A stretch of 63,962 bases of DNA, filler included, from 6 parts of 6 records of this genome joined end to end with filler, not necessarily neighbours in it, one strand, 5' to 3'. Positions 21,846 to 32,334 are shown, numbered from the whole stretch's first letter. Program-made: numbers and translations. Notes: a model not told the origin generated them from the sequence alone.

Positions 21846-22105
21846 CGGGGAGGGGGTATCCAGAACAAGGGGCGGCAGGCCCGCGCAGGGCACGCGGGCG
21901 CAAGCCATGGCTCATACGCGAAGCGCGCGCCGGAGTATACAGGGAATTCGCGGCGGATTGCCACGGGTGGGCAGGCGGCGTCCCGCCCCGGGCTTTGGCG
22001 CCATGCCGCCGGGCGGGGCGGGTGCGCCATGGGGCGGGGCGGGTGCCGCGGGGGGAAAGCCCGTTCGAACGGGCTTTGGAAAGGCGCTTCGAAGCGCCTT
22101 TCGCC

Positions 22106-22957
22106 TCAGGCCTCCTCGGGGGCGTCCAGAAGGGACCGGCGCAGGGCCGCCTCGTCCAGCGGCAGGCCGGCGAAATGCGCCCATGCGTGGACGCCCTGAT
22201 GGAAGAACAGCTCGTAGCCCGAGATCACCGTCAGCCCGGCGCGGCTGGCATCCGCGAGAAAGGGCGTGTCGACCGGCGTGTAGACCGCGTCGAAGCACCA
22301 CGAGGCACCTTGCAGGGCCCGCGCGGCGATGGGGGTGCCGCCGTAGCCGACCATGCCCACGGGCGTGCAGTTGATCACGCCGTCCGCGCCCTCTGCCGCC
22401 TCTTCGGCGGTGGCTACCACCGGCGCCCGCAGGCCGGGGCTGGCGGCCTCGAGGTCCGCGGCCATGGTCCGGGCCTTGGCCGCGTCGCGGTCGACCAGCC
22501 GGATCTCGGACGCACCCAGCGCGGCCAGCGCGAAGGCCACCGCGCGGCCCACGCCTCCGGTGCCGATCAGGCAGACGGTGCCGGGGGCGGTCGCGCCGCG
22601 CACGCCCCGGTAGGCCGCCGCAAAGCCCGAATGGTCGGTGTTGAAGCCCTTGGGTCCGTCCGGCTCGAAGAGCACCGTGTTGACCGCCCCGATGGCGCGC
22701 ACCAGCGGATCGTCCACCGTCACCTTCTTCGCCGCGCGTTCCTTGTAGGGGTAGGTCACGTTGATGCCGCGATAGCCGCGCCCGGCGCAGGCGTCGAAGG
22801 CGGTGTCGAAGTCCTCGTTCATGTCCTTGGGGACCAGCCGGTCGTAGCGCACGCGCCGGCCGTTCTGCGCGCCGGCCAGACGGTGCAGCAGCGGCGCGCG
22901 CGAGCGGGCGATGTTGTCTCCGATCAGGCCGAGCAGGAGGTCGGGCGTGTCGGTCAT
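22106..22957 (-). CDS. Shikimate/quinate 5-dehydrogenase family protein
   Basis: GLIGDNIARSRAP, GINVTYPYK, IGAVNTV, NTD, GTGGVG, NCTPVGM and DAVYTP. Confidence 0.9.
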   Translation of the reverse strand: MTDTPDLLLGLIGDNIARSRAPLLHRLAGAQNGRRVRYDRLVPKDMNEDFDTAFDACAGRGYRGINVTYPYKERAAKKVTVDDPLVRAIGAVNTVLFEPDGPKGFNTDHSGFAAAYRGVRGATAPGTVCLIGTGGVGRAVAFALAALGASEIRLVDRDAAKARTMAADLEAASPGLRAPVVATAEEAAEGADGVINCTPVGMVGYGGTPIAARALQGASWCFDAVYTPVDTPFLADASRAGLTVISGYELFFHQGVHAWAHFAGLPLDEAALRRSLLDAPEEA

Positions 22958-23566
22958 CCTGTGGGTCCTTCCATGGGCCCGGAGATCCGGGTCTTGCCAC
23001 GGCGCCGCGGCGGCGCCCGGGATACGGTGAGGAGGGCGACCGTGCCCGGCAGCGCCAGCGGTCTGCCCGGGGAGGCCGTCGAAGACGCGGACCGGATTGT
23101 CGCGGCCCGCGCGGCGCCGGTCGTCGTCCGGCAGGCGCGAGGGGATTACCCCGAGGCGCCGCGTCGGGGTGTGCCCGGGTGCCCTGTTTGGGGCGGTTCG
23201 GCAGGCGCGGCGGAAGCGCCAAAGGCGGCGGCTCCGGGCGCGCCGGGACTGCGTGTGGTCATGATGTCCTCCCTCGTGGTGAGTCGGGCGGCGCCGACCG
23301 GCTGGGGCCAAGGTGACCTCTGCGGTTGGCAAGGTCAAACGACCCGCGCGCCGCCGATGAGGACCGCCCGCCCGTCGGCGCGCATCCGGGGGCATCCGGG
23401 GCGGGTTCCCGTCCGACGGGCACCCTCCTGCGGGGATAATCTGCGGCAAAGGCTTCCTTTTTCCGGGCTTTCGACGCAAAGTCCCCGCGTCAGGCCGCGT
23501 GCCGCCCCGGGCGCGCGCGGCGCGGTGAGGGGACAGGCGGGCCGGGGCCCGGAGGAGAGTGTTTGC

Positions 23567-24808
23567 ATGTCCGAAATGTGTCTGGCCGATCCCGGCCACG
23601 AGGGGGCCTGGCTGAACGACCCGGTCCATCGGGCCTACCTGCGCGAGGACGCCGAGCGGCAGTTGCGGTTCTTCGCCCTCAGCCTGCGCGGCGACGGCGG
23701 CTTCGACGTGCTGGCCCATGACACCTCTCCCTTGCCGCGCGAAGGGCAGGAGCTGCATACCACGACGCGGCTCGTGCATTCCTTCGCGCTGGCGAAGGCG
23801 GCCGGTTTCAACGGCGCGGACGATATCGTCGATGCCGGGATGCGCTACCTCTGGCACAGCCACCGCGACCCGATGCACGGCGGCTACCTGTGGTCCGTGG
23901 ACGAGGGCGGGGTGCGCGACGCGACCAAGCTGGCCTATGGCCACGTCTTCGTGCTGCTGGCCGCGTCGAGCGCGCGTCTGGTGGGTCACCCGATGGCGGG
24001 GCCGCTGATGGACGACATCCGCGAGGTGCTCTGGACGCGCTTCACCGCCGAAGGCTCGGCGCTTTTCCTCGAAGAGTTCACCCGCGACTGGCAGAGCTTC
24101 TCGACCTATCGCGGCATGAATGCGAACATGCACGGGACAGAGGCGCTGATGGCCGCCTTCGAGGCCACGGGCGACCGCATGTACCTCGACCGGGCCGGAG
24201 AGATCCTGACCTTCTTCACGACGACCATGGCCGGGGCGCATGGCGATCGCATCCCCGAACATTACACCGACGGTTGGCAGGTCGATCCCGACTATGCGGG
24301 CAACCCGATGTTCCGCCCGGCGGGCACGACGCCCGGCCACTCGCTGGAATTCGCGCGGCTTCTGGTTCAGCACTGGGACCTTGCCGGACGCCCCGAGACG
24401 GACGCGGTCGCCCGCGCGCGGGCGCTTGTCCTGCGGGCGCTCTCGGATGCATGGCGCGAGGATGGCGGGCTGGTCTACACGCTGGCCTCGGACGGCACGG
24501 TGGCGATCCCGGACCGCTACTGGTGGCCTGTCACCGAGGGCATCGGCGCCTTGGCCAGCCTGCTGAAGCTGGAACCGGACGCAAGGCTGGAAGCGTGGTA
24601 CCGGCGGCTCTGGAAGTTCTCGGACGCGGCGCTGATCGACCGCGACGAGGGCGGATGGTTCCCGGAGCTCGGAGAGGATGGCAGGCCGGTCTCGCGCCAG
24701 TTCCTCGGCAAGCCGGATATCTACCACGCGCTGCAGGCGGATCTTCTGCCCCTCGCGCCGGGGTTGTCGCGCAGCATCGAACAACTGGGCCACCACCCGC
24801 TGTTCTGA
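23567..24808 (+). CDS. AGE-family sugar epimerase/isomerase (YihS/mannose-isomerase-like)
   Basis: YGHVFVLLA, YRGMNANMH, PGHSLE, RYWWPVTE and KPDIYH motifs; GGAGGAG RBS. Confidence 0.88.
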   Translation: MSEMCLADPGHEGAWLNDPVHRAYLREDAERQLRFFALSLRGDGGFDVLAHDTSPLPREGQELHTTTRLVHSFALAKAAGFNGADDIVDAGMRYLWHSHRDPMHGGYLWSVDEGGVRDATKLAYGHVFVLLAASSARLVGHPMAGPLMDDIREVLWTRFTAEGSALFLEEFTRDWQSFSTYRGMNANMHGTEALMAAFEATGDRMYLDRAGEILTFFTTTMAGAHGDRIPEHYTDGWQVDPDYAGNPMFRPAGTTPGHSLEFARLLVQHWDLAGRPETDAVARARALVLRALSDAWREDGGLVYTLASDGTVAIPDRYWWPVTEGIGALASLLKLEPDARLEAWYRRLWKFSDAALIDRDEGGWFPELGEDGRPVSRQFLGKPDIYHALQADLLPLAPGLSRSIEQLGHHPLF

Positions 24809-25007
24809 GGAACGACGGGGGCGTACGGGACAGGCTGCCGGACCGCGACCGCCACTCCCCGGGGTGGCGGAGCCGGAGGTCCGGGCCGTTGCTGCCGGCG
24901 CAGGGCGCGCGCGCCGTTGGCCGGGACGTTTTCTCTGCCCTGTTCCGCCGAACCCTATAAGGCGCATGCGCGCGACAGCGTTCCGGCGCGGCAGAGCGTC
25001 GCCCGCG

Positions 25008-25919
25008 TCAGGGCGGCGTGGCGGGCAGCGTCAGGCCCGCCGCTTCGCGCACCGTGCCAGCGAACCGAACGAAGCTCTCCTGCAGGGGGCTTGCCTTTCT
25101 CCAGACCATGCCGACCCTGCGCCGGGGCCGGGGGGTGGCGAATTGCGCCACGTCCACCGCCGCCCGGTCGGTCTCGACCGGCACCGCCATCTCGGGGATC
25201 AGCGTCACGCCGATGCCCGCGCCCACCATCTGCACCAGCGTCGTCAGGGAAGAGCCGTCCAGACCGTCCCGGGGCACGCCCGGCGTGAGGTTGCAGAAGG
25301 ACAGAGCCTGATCGCGAAAGCAGTGGCCCTCTTCGAGCAGCAGCAGGCGCATCCGCGCCAGCGTTTCGCCATCCGGCACCGGCTTGCCCGCATCGGCCCG
25401 GGGGCGGACCAGCACGAAGTCCTCCTCGAAGAGCGGCACCTCCGTCAGCCCCGGCTCCGAGATCGGCAGCGCCACGATGGCCACGTCGATCCGGCGGTCC
25501 TGCACCTCGTCGATGAGGCGCGAGGTCAGCGTCTCGCGCACCTGAAGATCCAGCCCCGGAAGCCGCGCCGACAGATGGCCGATGATTCGCGGCAGCAGGT
25601 AGGGCGCGATGGTCGGAATGATTCCCAGCCGCAGGCGGCTGACCGGCGTCTCGCGCGTGGCGCGGGCAAAGTCCTGCAACTCCTCGACCGCGCTCAGGAT
25701 GCCCCGCACGCGCGACAGCAGGTCCTCGCCGAAGGGGGTCATGCGCACCTGCCGGGCGCCGCGCTCGAAGAGCGGCGCGCCGAGGTCGCGTTCCAGATCG
25801 CGGATCTGCACCGACAGCGCCGGCTGCGAGATCGAGCAGGCCGAGGCAGCGCGCCCGAAATGGCCGTGCCGGGCCACGGCCTCGAAATAGCGCAGCTGTT
25901 TCAGGGTGATGTTGGTCAT
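25008..25919 (-). CDS. oxyR: Hydrogen-peroxide-inducible activator OxyR (LysR family)
   Basis: LysR HTH; LLEEGHCFRDQALSFC with both redox cysteines; divergent from katG. Confidence 0.93.
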   Translation of the reverse strand: MTNITLKQLRYFEAVARHGHFGRAASACSISQPALSVQIRDLERDLGAPLFERGARQVRMTPFGEDLLSRVRGILSAVEELQDFARATRETPVSRLRLGIIPTIAPYLLPRIIGHLSARLPGLDLQVRETLTSRLIDEVQDRRIDVAIVALPISEPGLTEVPLFEEDFVLVRPRADAGKPVPDGETLARMRLLLLEEGHCFRDQALSFCNLTPGVPRDGLDGSSLTTLVQMVGAGIGVTLIPEMAVPVETDRAAVDVAQFATPRPRRRVGMVWRKASPLQESFVRFAGTVREAAGLTLPATPP

Positions 25920-25954
25920 AGGCTAAAATTATCGCGACCATCCGAAAATACAAC
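25918..25954. promoter_or_regulatory. OxyR-binding site overlapping the oxyR start codon
   Basis: ATAG-N7-TTAT-N7-ATCC-N7-CAAC versus consensus ATAG-N7-CTAT-N7-ATAG-N7-CTAT. Confidence 0.7.
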
Positions 25955-25980
25955 TTAAACATATCGGCGGCTCTTGTTAG

Positions 25981-26532
<552 letters not shown>

Positions 26533-26632
26533 NNNNNNNNNNNNNNNNNNNNNNNNNNNNNNNNNNNNNNNNNNNNTTAATTAATTAANNNNNNNNNNNN
26601 NNNNNNNNNNNNNNNNNNNNNNNNNNNNNNNN
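26533..26632. other. Artificial contig linker
   Basis: N-run + TTAATTAATTAA + N-run. Confidence 0.99.
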
Positions 26633-26760
26633 TGCCTCTTCCGGTTACTGCAATAATAAGTGCCTCATAACAGCTGGGTTGTCGCACCAAACGGATTGAA
26701 TCGGTGCGACAGGCTATCTGTGAAGAGATCCGATTTAGCCGGATCGGTTGATTGCTGGAT

Positions 26761-27408
26761 TCAGATTGCCAATTCGCCTGCTGCCTGCTTCGCGCGCGCT
26801 TTGGCCGTGGCCACGGACTCCTCGAAGCGTTTGTCTCCGAATTCCTGATATTCGATGGCGATGGTTTCCACCTTGCGTGCGTCGGCGCCGAGGTAGTGGG
26901 CGCTGGCGGCGATGGCCGGGTCCAAGCCGTTCAGGTGGGCGCGTTCGCCGCCAGGGGCAAAGCCAAACTCCCCGCGCGAGGACAGCACCACGAGCTTTTT
27001 GCCGGTCAGGATCGGTTCGATTGGCGTGTTGCCGCGCGACAGGTCAAAGCTGAAGGTGACACCGACACGCGCGATCAGATCAAACCACGCCTTGAGCGTT
27101 GCGGGCATAGAATAGTTATACATCGGCGCACACAGCGCGATGACATCTGCGGATTTAATCTCGTCAATCAGGGCGTCGGATTCTGCGATCGTCTCTTTCT
27201 GCGAGTCTGTCAGTTCAGCCGGGTCAGTAAAGGCGGCGGCGATCCAGGTTTCGTTGATGAAGGCGGGCGGGTTTAGGCCCACGTCGCGATGGATCACGGC
27301 GCCACCGCCCGAGACGGTCCAGCCTTCCTCAAAGATCTGCGCCAACTCGCGCGTGAGGGACCGGTTGGCCCGGGCGCTGGAATGGATGATAAGCAGGGAT
27401 TTGGGCAT
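26761..27408 (-). CDS. azoR: FMN-dependent NADH:quinone oxidoreductase/azoreductase
   Basis: HSSAR..SLTR, PMYNYSMPATLKAWFD, RVGVTF and SSRG flavodoxin-2 motifs. Confidence 0.88.
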   Translation of the reverse strand: MPKSLLIIHSSARANRSLTRELAQIFEEGWTVSGGGAVIHRDVGLNPPAFINETWIAAAFTDPAELTDSQKETIAESDALIDEIKSADVIALCAPMYNYSMPATLKAWFDLIARVGVTFSFDLSRGNTPIEPILTGKKLVVLSSRGEFGFAPGGERAHLNGLDPAIAASAHYLGADARKVETIAIEYQEFGDKRFEESVATAKARAKQAAGELAI

Positions 27409-27435
27409 GTTCAGGTGCTCCTGTAGGTGGGAATG

Positions 27436-27903
27436 TCAGACGTCAAAAGGCGTGTCATCCAGCCCGTTGGCGGCGAAGGTGGCGGTGATCGAGGGCACGA
27501 TGTCCCAGGCTTGGCCGGCGATGGCCCAGCCGTCGGGATTGCGCACCAGCAGGAAGGCGCTGATATCCTCGGTCACCTCGGATTGATTTTCATGCATCTC
27601 GCAACCTGCGAGTGCGACGGCGACGCCGCCAGCGATCCAGATTTGCAGCCCGCGCCCCTTTTCCTGAAACACCGGCAAGGCACCGCTGTCCCGCAGACCT
27701 GCCATACGGCCCGCAAATTGTTGCGAGGTCTGAGGTGTCGCGGGGCGCGTCGAGGCGTATAGCTGGGCCGCTGGCAGGTAGGCGGCAGTCAGCGCGGTGG
27801 TGTCCGGCGGGGTAACATCATCCCAGCAAAGCGCACGAAACTGGCGTGCGATCAGGCCTGCGATTTCGGCCCGGTCGGTCTCGATCGTAGGGGGTTCGGT
27901 CAT
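27436..27903 (-). CDS. NTF2/SnoaL-like (DUF4440-type) protein
   Basis: 155 aa; helix-then-strands pattern ending FLLVRNPDGWAIAGQAWD; coupled to the amidase (ATGA). Confidence 0.65.
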   Translation of the reverse strand: MTEPPTIETDRAEIAGLIARQFRALCWDDVTPPDTTALTAAYLPAAQLYASTRPATPQTSQQFAGRMAGLRDSGALPVFQEKGRGLQIWIAGGVAVALAGCEMHENQSEVTEDISAFLLVRNPDGWAIAGQAWDIVPSITATFAANGLDDTPFDV

Positions 27904-29189
27904 GCAAGAACCTCTGACGTCAGGGGAGAGAGAAGGGATTCAAGCTGTTGGGCCACTGAGAGCACGCGGTCGTCATCGCCTGATACGCCAGCCACAGTAA
28001 GCGAGTGACCCGGGCGCCTGCCGCAGGGCAAGGCGAGCGAGGGCATGTCGAGGTAGGCACCAAGCATGCTCAGCCGCAGGATACGGGTGTTCTCGGTCGC
28101 AAAGGCTTGTGGGTCATTTTGTACAACCTTTAGCGGTGGCGGGGGTGCCGGGAGCGTCGGGATAATAAGGAGGTCACCGTCCAACTGCCTCGCGATCTCA
28201 GTTTGCAGAGTTGCACGAGCAGCACGTATGCAAGCGGCCGCAGCAGGCGCGATGGTTTTTGATGTATTCAGACGCTGACGGATCACTGGGTCCATGCTGG
28301 GATCGTCGAGGTCGCAAAGACGAGAGAGGATGTCAGGTGCTTCGATGGCCACAAGAGTACCGCAAGTGTGGAACAGCTCGTTCAGGTCATCAAGGACCGG
28401 CAGCTCTCGAACTTCAATTCTATGCCCTGCACAGGCCAGTTCGCGTGCAGCGCGGGCGAACATCGCCCGCATCTCCGGATGCAGAGGTTCCAAGTGTTTG
28501 GGGTCAGGAACGATAAGCCGAGGCACTGGAATGTCTGAGAGCCGTGTTTTTTCGCCACGCAAAGCCATGTCCAGTTGCAGCAGGGATGCCATGTTGTGCG
28601 CCATCGGCCCTGGTGTATCGAGCGAAGGGGCCAGAGGAACGATACCTTTGCCGTTGTATCGCCCAAGTGTTGGTCGGAACCCGAAGATGCCCTGACAGGC
28701 GGCTGGCACGCGTGTGGATCCCGAAGTATCCGTGCCAACAGCCATGTCCGCGATCCCAAGTGACACTGCTGTGGCGCAGCCTGAGGAGGAACCTCCTGGC
28801 ACCAAATCCGGGTCCAGAGCATTGCGTGCCGTGCCGAAATGTGGGTTCAAACCTAGGCCGGAAAACGCGAATTCTGACATGTTGGCGTGCCCCATGGGCA
28901 GCCCGCCCGCATCCAACAACCGCCGCACCAACGGGGCGCAATCGGTCGCTGGCGCGGCGACCAAACAGCGTGATCCGGCGGTGGTGGGCAGGCCGCGTAT
29001 GTCGATGTTGCCCTTGATCGCCACCACGCGACCCTCAAGAAGGCCGGGGGTCTGACCATGCGCAGTGCGCGCATCAAAGCTGCGCGCTAGATCATACAGC
29101 TGCGCGTCGTTGCGGCGCAGGAAGACGTTGCGCGCCGAGGGATGATCAGCGCGCCCCAGAGCGCGCGCCAGATGCTGAACCGAAGACAT
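27900..29189 (-). CDS. Amidase-signature family enzyme
   Basis: AIKGNID (Lys), PGGSSSG and GTDTSGSTRVPA (Ser-cisSer-Lys triad). Confidence 0.88.
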   Translation of the reverse strand: MSSVQHLARALGRADHPSARNVFLRRNDAQLYDLARSFDARTAHGQTPGLLEGRVVAIKGNIDIRGLPTTAGSRCLVAAPATDCAPLVRRLLDAGGLPMGHANMSEFAFSGLGLNPHFGTARNALDPDLVPGGSSSGCATAVSLGIADMAVGTDTSGSTRVPAACQGIFGFRPTLGRYNGKGIVPLAPSLDTPGPMAHNMASLLQLDMALRGEKTRLSDIPVPRLIVPDPKHLEPLHPEMRAMFARAARELACAGHRIEVRELPVLDDLNELFHTCGTLVAIEAPDILSRLCDLDDPSMDPVIRQRLNTSKTIAPAAAACIRAARATLQTEIARQLDGDLLIIPTLPAPPPPLKVVQNDPQAFATENTRILRLSMLGAYLDMPSLALPCGRRPGHSLTVAGVSGDDDRVLSVAQQLESLLSPLTSEVLA

Positions 29190-30076
29190 CAGAACAGGAC
29201 AGGTTTGGTGTAATAAGGCAGCTCCTCCACCCGGACGGCGGCGGGGTCCTTGGCGGCCTCGGCCCGGACGTGGGCGGCGATTTCATGCATCGGGGCAAAC
29301 CAGACGTCGCCGCGTTCCAGCACGGTTTCCAACCACTTTTCGACCTGACGCCAGCGCGCCAGTCGCCCCGTAAGGAACGGGTGCCAGATAGCCAGCCAGA
29401 ACCCTCCGGCCTCATACTGAGCGTCGAATTCTTCCCAAAAGCCCTGCAGACCCTGAGTGGGTCCGGCGACGGGCATCATATAGCCAATTTCGTCGTAATG
29501 GGCAAAGGGGGGCCAGTCATCGGTGCCCCAATGCACTGGGAGCTCGACCAAAGAGCCCTGAGCTGTCTTCATCAGATAGGGGATGTCGTCTGCCATCAGC
29601 GAGCTTTCGTATTCGAAGCCATGTTCGATCATCAGGTCGATGACGGTCTGATTGACGTTGTAAACCGGCGCGCGATAGCCCTTGGGCGTGTTGCCGACAA
29701 CGCGCTTGTGAGCTTCGAGCGTGCGTTCGAACCATTCGCGCTGTTCGGTGGGGCCGTGGGCGGTGGGATCCTCGTGCAGATAGCCGTGATGGCCGATCTC
29801 ATGGCCGTCCTTCAGGATCATCTCCATCGTGTCTGGATATTGTTCGACCACCCAGCCGGGGACAAAGAACGACTGTTTCAGCCCAAATTTGCGATAGGTT
29901 TCGAGGATCCGGGGGATGGCGACGGTGGGGCCATAGCGACCCATTGAGATAGGGTAGAGCCGGTCATGCCCGTCCTTGGGGCGCGAGATGTGGATCAGGC
30001 TGTCGGCGTCGATGTCAAAGCTGATGGCGCAGGCGCACCGCGCTCCGTTCGGCCATTTGATCGGATTCCGGATCAT
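29189..30076 (-). CDS. Polysaccharide-deacetylase-fold hydrolase (PuuE allantoinase/PgdA-like)
   Basis: WPNGARCACAISFDID, SFFVPG, HEIGHHGYLHE, GYRAP and WHPFLTGR; start overlaps the amidohydrolase stop. Confidence 0.85.
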   Translation of the reverse strand: MIRNPIKWPNGARCACAISFDIDADSLIHISRPKDGHDRLYPISMGRYGPTVAIPRILETYRKFGLKQSFFVPGWVVEQYPDTMEMILKDGHEIGHHGYLHEDPTAHGPTEQREWFERTLEAHKRVVGNTPKGYRAPVYNVNQTVIDLMIEHGFEYESSLMADDIPYLMKTAQGSLVELPVHWGTDDWPPFAHYDEIGYMMPVAGPTQGLQGFWEEFDAQYEAGGFWLAIWHPFLTGRLARWRQVEKWLETVLERGDVWFAPMHEIAAHVRAEAAKDPAAVRVEELPYYTKPVLF

Positions 30077-31623
30077 GATGTTTCCTTTCCTGTCAGCAGG
30101 GGGCGGGCGCCGTAGCGCTGCACCGCGGGATGTGTGTCGGCGTGGTCGTGGTCCCAACGTGCGTACCAATCGATCAACCAGGGGCGCAGATCGGCCTGCA
30201 GCGCGCGGTGGGCTGGATCTGGGGGATTGGCGTCGAGAGCGGCGTGCAGATCTGCGGTCAGGGCGTCTGCGTCGATGCCGATCGGGGCGCCGTTGCGCAG
30301 CATGGGGCGTCCGCCGACCAGCACGTCGCGTACGTCGTCCGCCCTAGCGCGGCCAACGATCAGGTCGACCGGATCGGCGGCGGGGTCGGTCCAGGGTTTA
30401 AGCAGTCGGGACAGGTCCAGCACCACCGCATCGGCGAGGAAGCCGGGGTGCAACTGGCCTAGCTCATCGGCGCGGCCCAGCAGCTGTGCGCCTGCAATCG
30501 TTGCCATCTCTAGCACGTCCCGTGCGTCGAGCGAGGGGCCTGAGGCATGGGGGGCGCGGTTCAAGTTTAAGGCGAGGCGCATTTCGGCGAACATGTCCTC
30601 ATCGCCTGCCAGCGTCGTGCCATCCATGCCAAGTGCAGTGGTAATGCCAGCGGCACGCATCCACGCAGCGGGCGCCACGCCCGCGCGTAGACGAAGGTTT
30701 GAGCCGGGGTTGTGGCTGATCTGCGAGCCCGCCCGGCTGATCTGATCCATATCAGCATCGGTCGCCCAGACCGCGTGGGCCAGCGACAGTCGGTCGTTCA
30801 ACAGGCCGAGGCGTGTGAAATGGTGGATCACCGAATGGTCGCGGATGCGCGGGCTTTCGATGCTTTCATAGTGGCTCTCTAACGCGTGGGTCTGCACCCG
30901 CGTATCAAGCCGCTCTGCATGGCGCGCGATGTCGGTGAGCAGGTCGACGGGCGTCCATTGCGGGCCTGTGGGGCCAAACCAGACGTCGATCTGACCATCG
31001 TTTTCACCGATCAGTTCGCCCAGTAGATCCAGATAGTCGGCAGGCGTTAAACGCTGACGTGACGCTTCGGCTTTTTGCAGGCGTTCGCGCAGGGCGGGGG
31101 GCAGGGTGGCGAGGAAACCGGCCTCTTCCCCTGCGCCATGGACTATGCGGTTTTGCCAGCGCTCGCCAGGCGCCATCACGGCGCGCAGACCAGCTTGGCG
31201 GTAGGCTTGCGCCTTAGCCCGCAGACGGGTTTCGGCGCGAATGCGGTCGGGACCGGCGGCGCACATATCGACCACGGTCGTCACACCGCTTTTCAGCAGG
31301 CGCAGGGCTGCGTGGCTGGTGGAAAGCGCTGGCGACAGATCGACCAAGGCGGGGCCATTGAACATCCACGGTTCCAGGAAATCATCCGCGACGGCCTGAT
31401 TGACCAGCTCCACCCCGTAGCAATGGTGATGGGCGTTGATCAGGCCGGGGAGGATGGCGCTGTCACCTCCGCCAAGTTCGGTCACGCCGGGGTGGCGGGT
31501 GCGCATGTCGTGGGCAGGTCCGACCTCGACCACCCGGCCGCGACGCACCAGCAGCGCATGATCCATGCGGATGTCGCGGGCGGACAGCACCACCCAGCGA
31601 CCGGAGAGCAAAATGTCAGTCAT
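30073..31623 (-). CDS. Metal-dependent amidohydrolase (Atz/Trz/deaminase subfamily)
   Basis: PGLINAHHH, QTHALES, LAHAVW, HNPGSNLRL, LGMDG and ADAVVLD. Confidence 0.88.
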   Translation of the reverse strand: MTDILLSGRWVVLSARDIRMDHALLVRRGRVVEVGPAHDMRTRHPGVTELGGGDSAILPGLINAHHHCYGVELVNQAVADDFLEPWMFNGPALVDLSPALSTSHAALRLLKSGVTTVVDMCAAGPDRIRAETRLRAKAQAYRQAGLRAVMAPGERWQNRIVHGAGEEAGFLATLPPALRERLQKAEASRQRLTPADYLDLLGELIGENDGQIDVWFGPTGPQWTPVDLLTDIARHAERLDTRVQTHALESHYESIESPRIRDHSVIHHFTRLGLLNDRLSLAHAVWATDADMDQISRAGSQISHNPGSNLRLRAGVAPAAWMRAAGITTALGMDGTTLAGDEDMFAEMRLALNLNRAPHASGPSLDARDVLEMATIAGAQLLGRADELGQLHPGFLADAVVLDLSRLLKPWTDPAADPVDLIVGRARADDVRDVLVGGRPMLRNGAPIGIDADALTADLHAALDANPPDPAHRALQADLRPWLIDWYARWDHDHADTHPAVQRYGARPLLTGKETS

Positions 31624-31638
31624 GAGATGTCAGCTGGC

Positions 31639-32334
31639 TCAACCCCGGTCGACGCGGAACGTCAGCCCCGCGGGAGAGGTTCCCTCTCCGTTCACTGGCG
31701 TCACGTCCTGCGGGCAGGCAGACATCACGGCGATTACATTCATGTCGGCTCTGAACTCCAAATAATCGCCGGGTTTGGACACCGGAGGTTCAAAGCTGAG
31801 CGACCCGTCGGGCTGCACCGGCACGTTCATCCACAGATTGAAAGGCGCGGGAATGGCGGGTGCGCGCAACCCGATGGCGTTCAGCGCCTGACGCAGGTTG
31901 TCGGCGCAGTTTTCGTGATAGTGTTCGACGCCAAGCTGCTGATAGCGGGCGTGATCGCAATTGGCGATCACTGTATCATGAATTCCGGGCGAAGTGTCTG
32001 TTGTGATGGTCATCAGCGACCGGCGCAGGTTCGACGTCACCCCATCCCCAACTTTGGGAAAGATCGACAGGAGCGAGGTGTGAAGATGCTCCATCGAGCT
32101 GTATTCTTGGATGTTATCCACGTTGAAAATCCAGAAATCGCAGACTTGGTAACCGGCCGGGTTGGTGACGGTCAGAACCTCTCCTGCATGGACCCGCACT
32201 GCCATGCCGCAGCGGGCGGGGATGTCATAGGTGCGCCCCGGTTCTGGCGTCCCGTTTGGCGAAATAGCGATATCGAGGCTTTGGTTGGTGCCATCGGGCT
32301 GGCCTGGATCGAATGGGATTGCGGAATCAGTCAT
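31639..32334 (-). CDS. DUF1989 (urea carboxylase-associated family) protein
   Basis: GYQVCD, HDTVIANC, HENCADNL, PFNLWMN and SACPQD cysteine pattern. Confidence 0.85.
   Translation of the reverse strand: MTDSAIPFDPGQPDGTNQSLDIAISPNGTPEPGRTYDIPARCGMAVRVHAGEVLTVTNPAGYQVCDFWIFNVDNIQEYSSMEHLHTSLLSIFPKVGDGVTSNLRRSLMTITTDTSPGIHDTVIANCDHARYQQLGVEHYHENCADNLRQALNAIGLRAPAIPAPFNLWMNVPVQPDGSLSFEPPVSKPGDYLEFRADMNVIAVMSACPQDVTPVNGEGTSPAGLTFRVDRG

Noticed and set aside
21995-24967. 937-aa (+) and 953-aa (-) giant ORFs suggesting fusion proteins
   Set aside because: GC-rich stop-poor extensions. The real genes are the shikimate dehydrogenase (22106-22957) and AGE epimerase (23567-24808), each with its own RBS.
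26680-26711. Inverted repeat TGTCGCACC-N14-GGTGCGACA near the contig edge as a transposon end
   Set aside because: No transposase or partner end is visible; more simply a hairpin downstream of azoR.
27900-29189. gatA (Glu-tRNA amidotransferase subunit A)
   Set aside because: No gatC/gatB neighbours; embedded in a catabolic operon; only the generic amidase signature is present.
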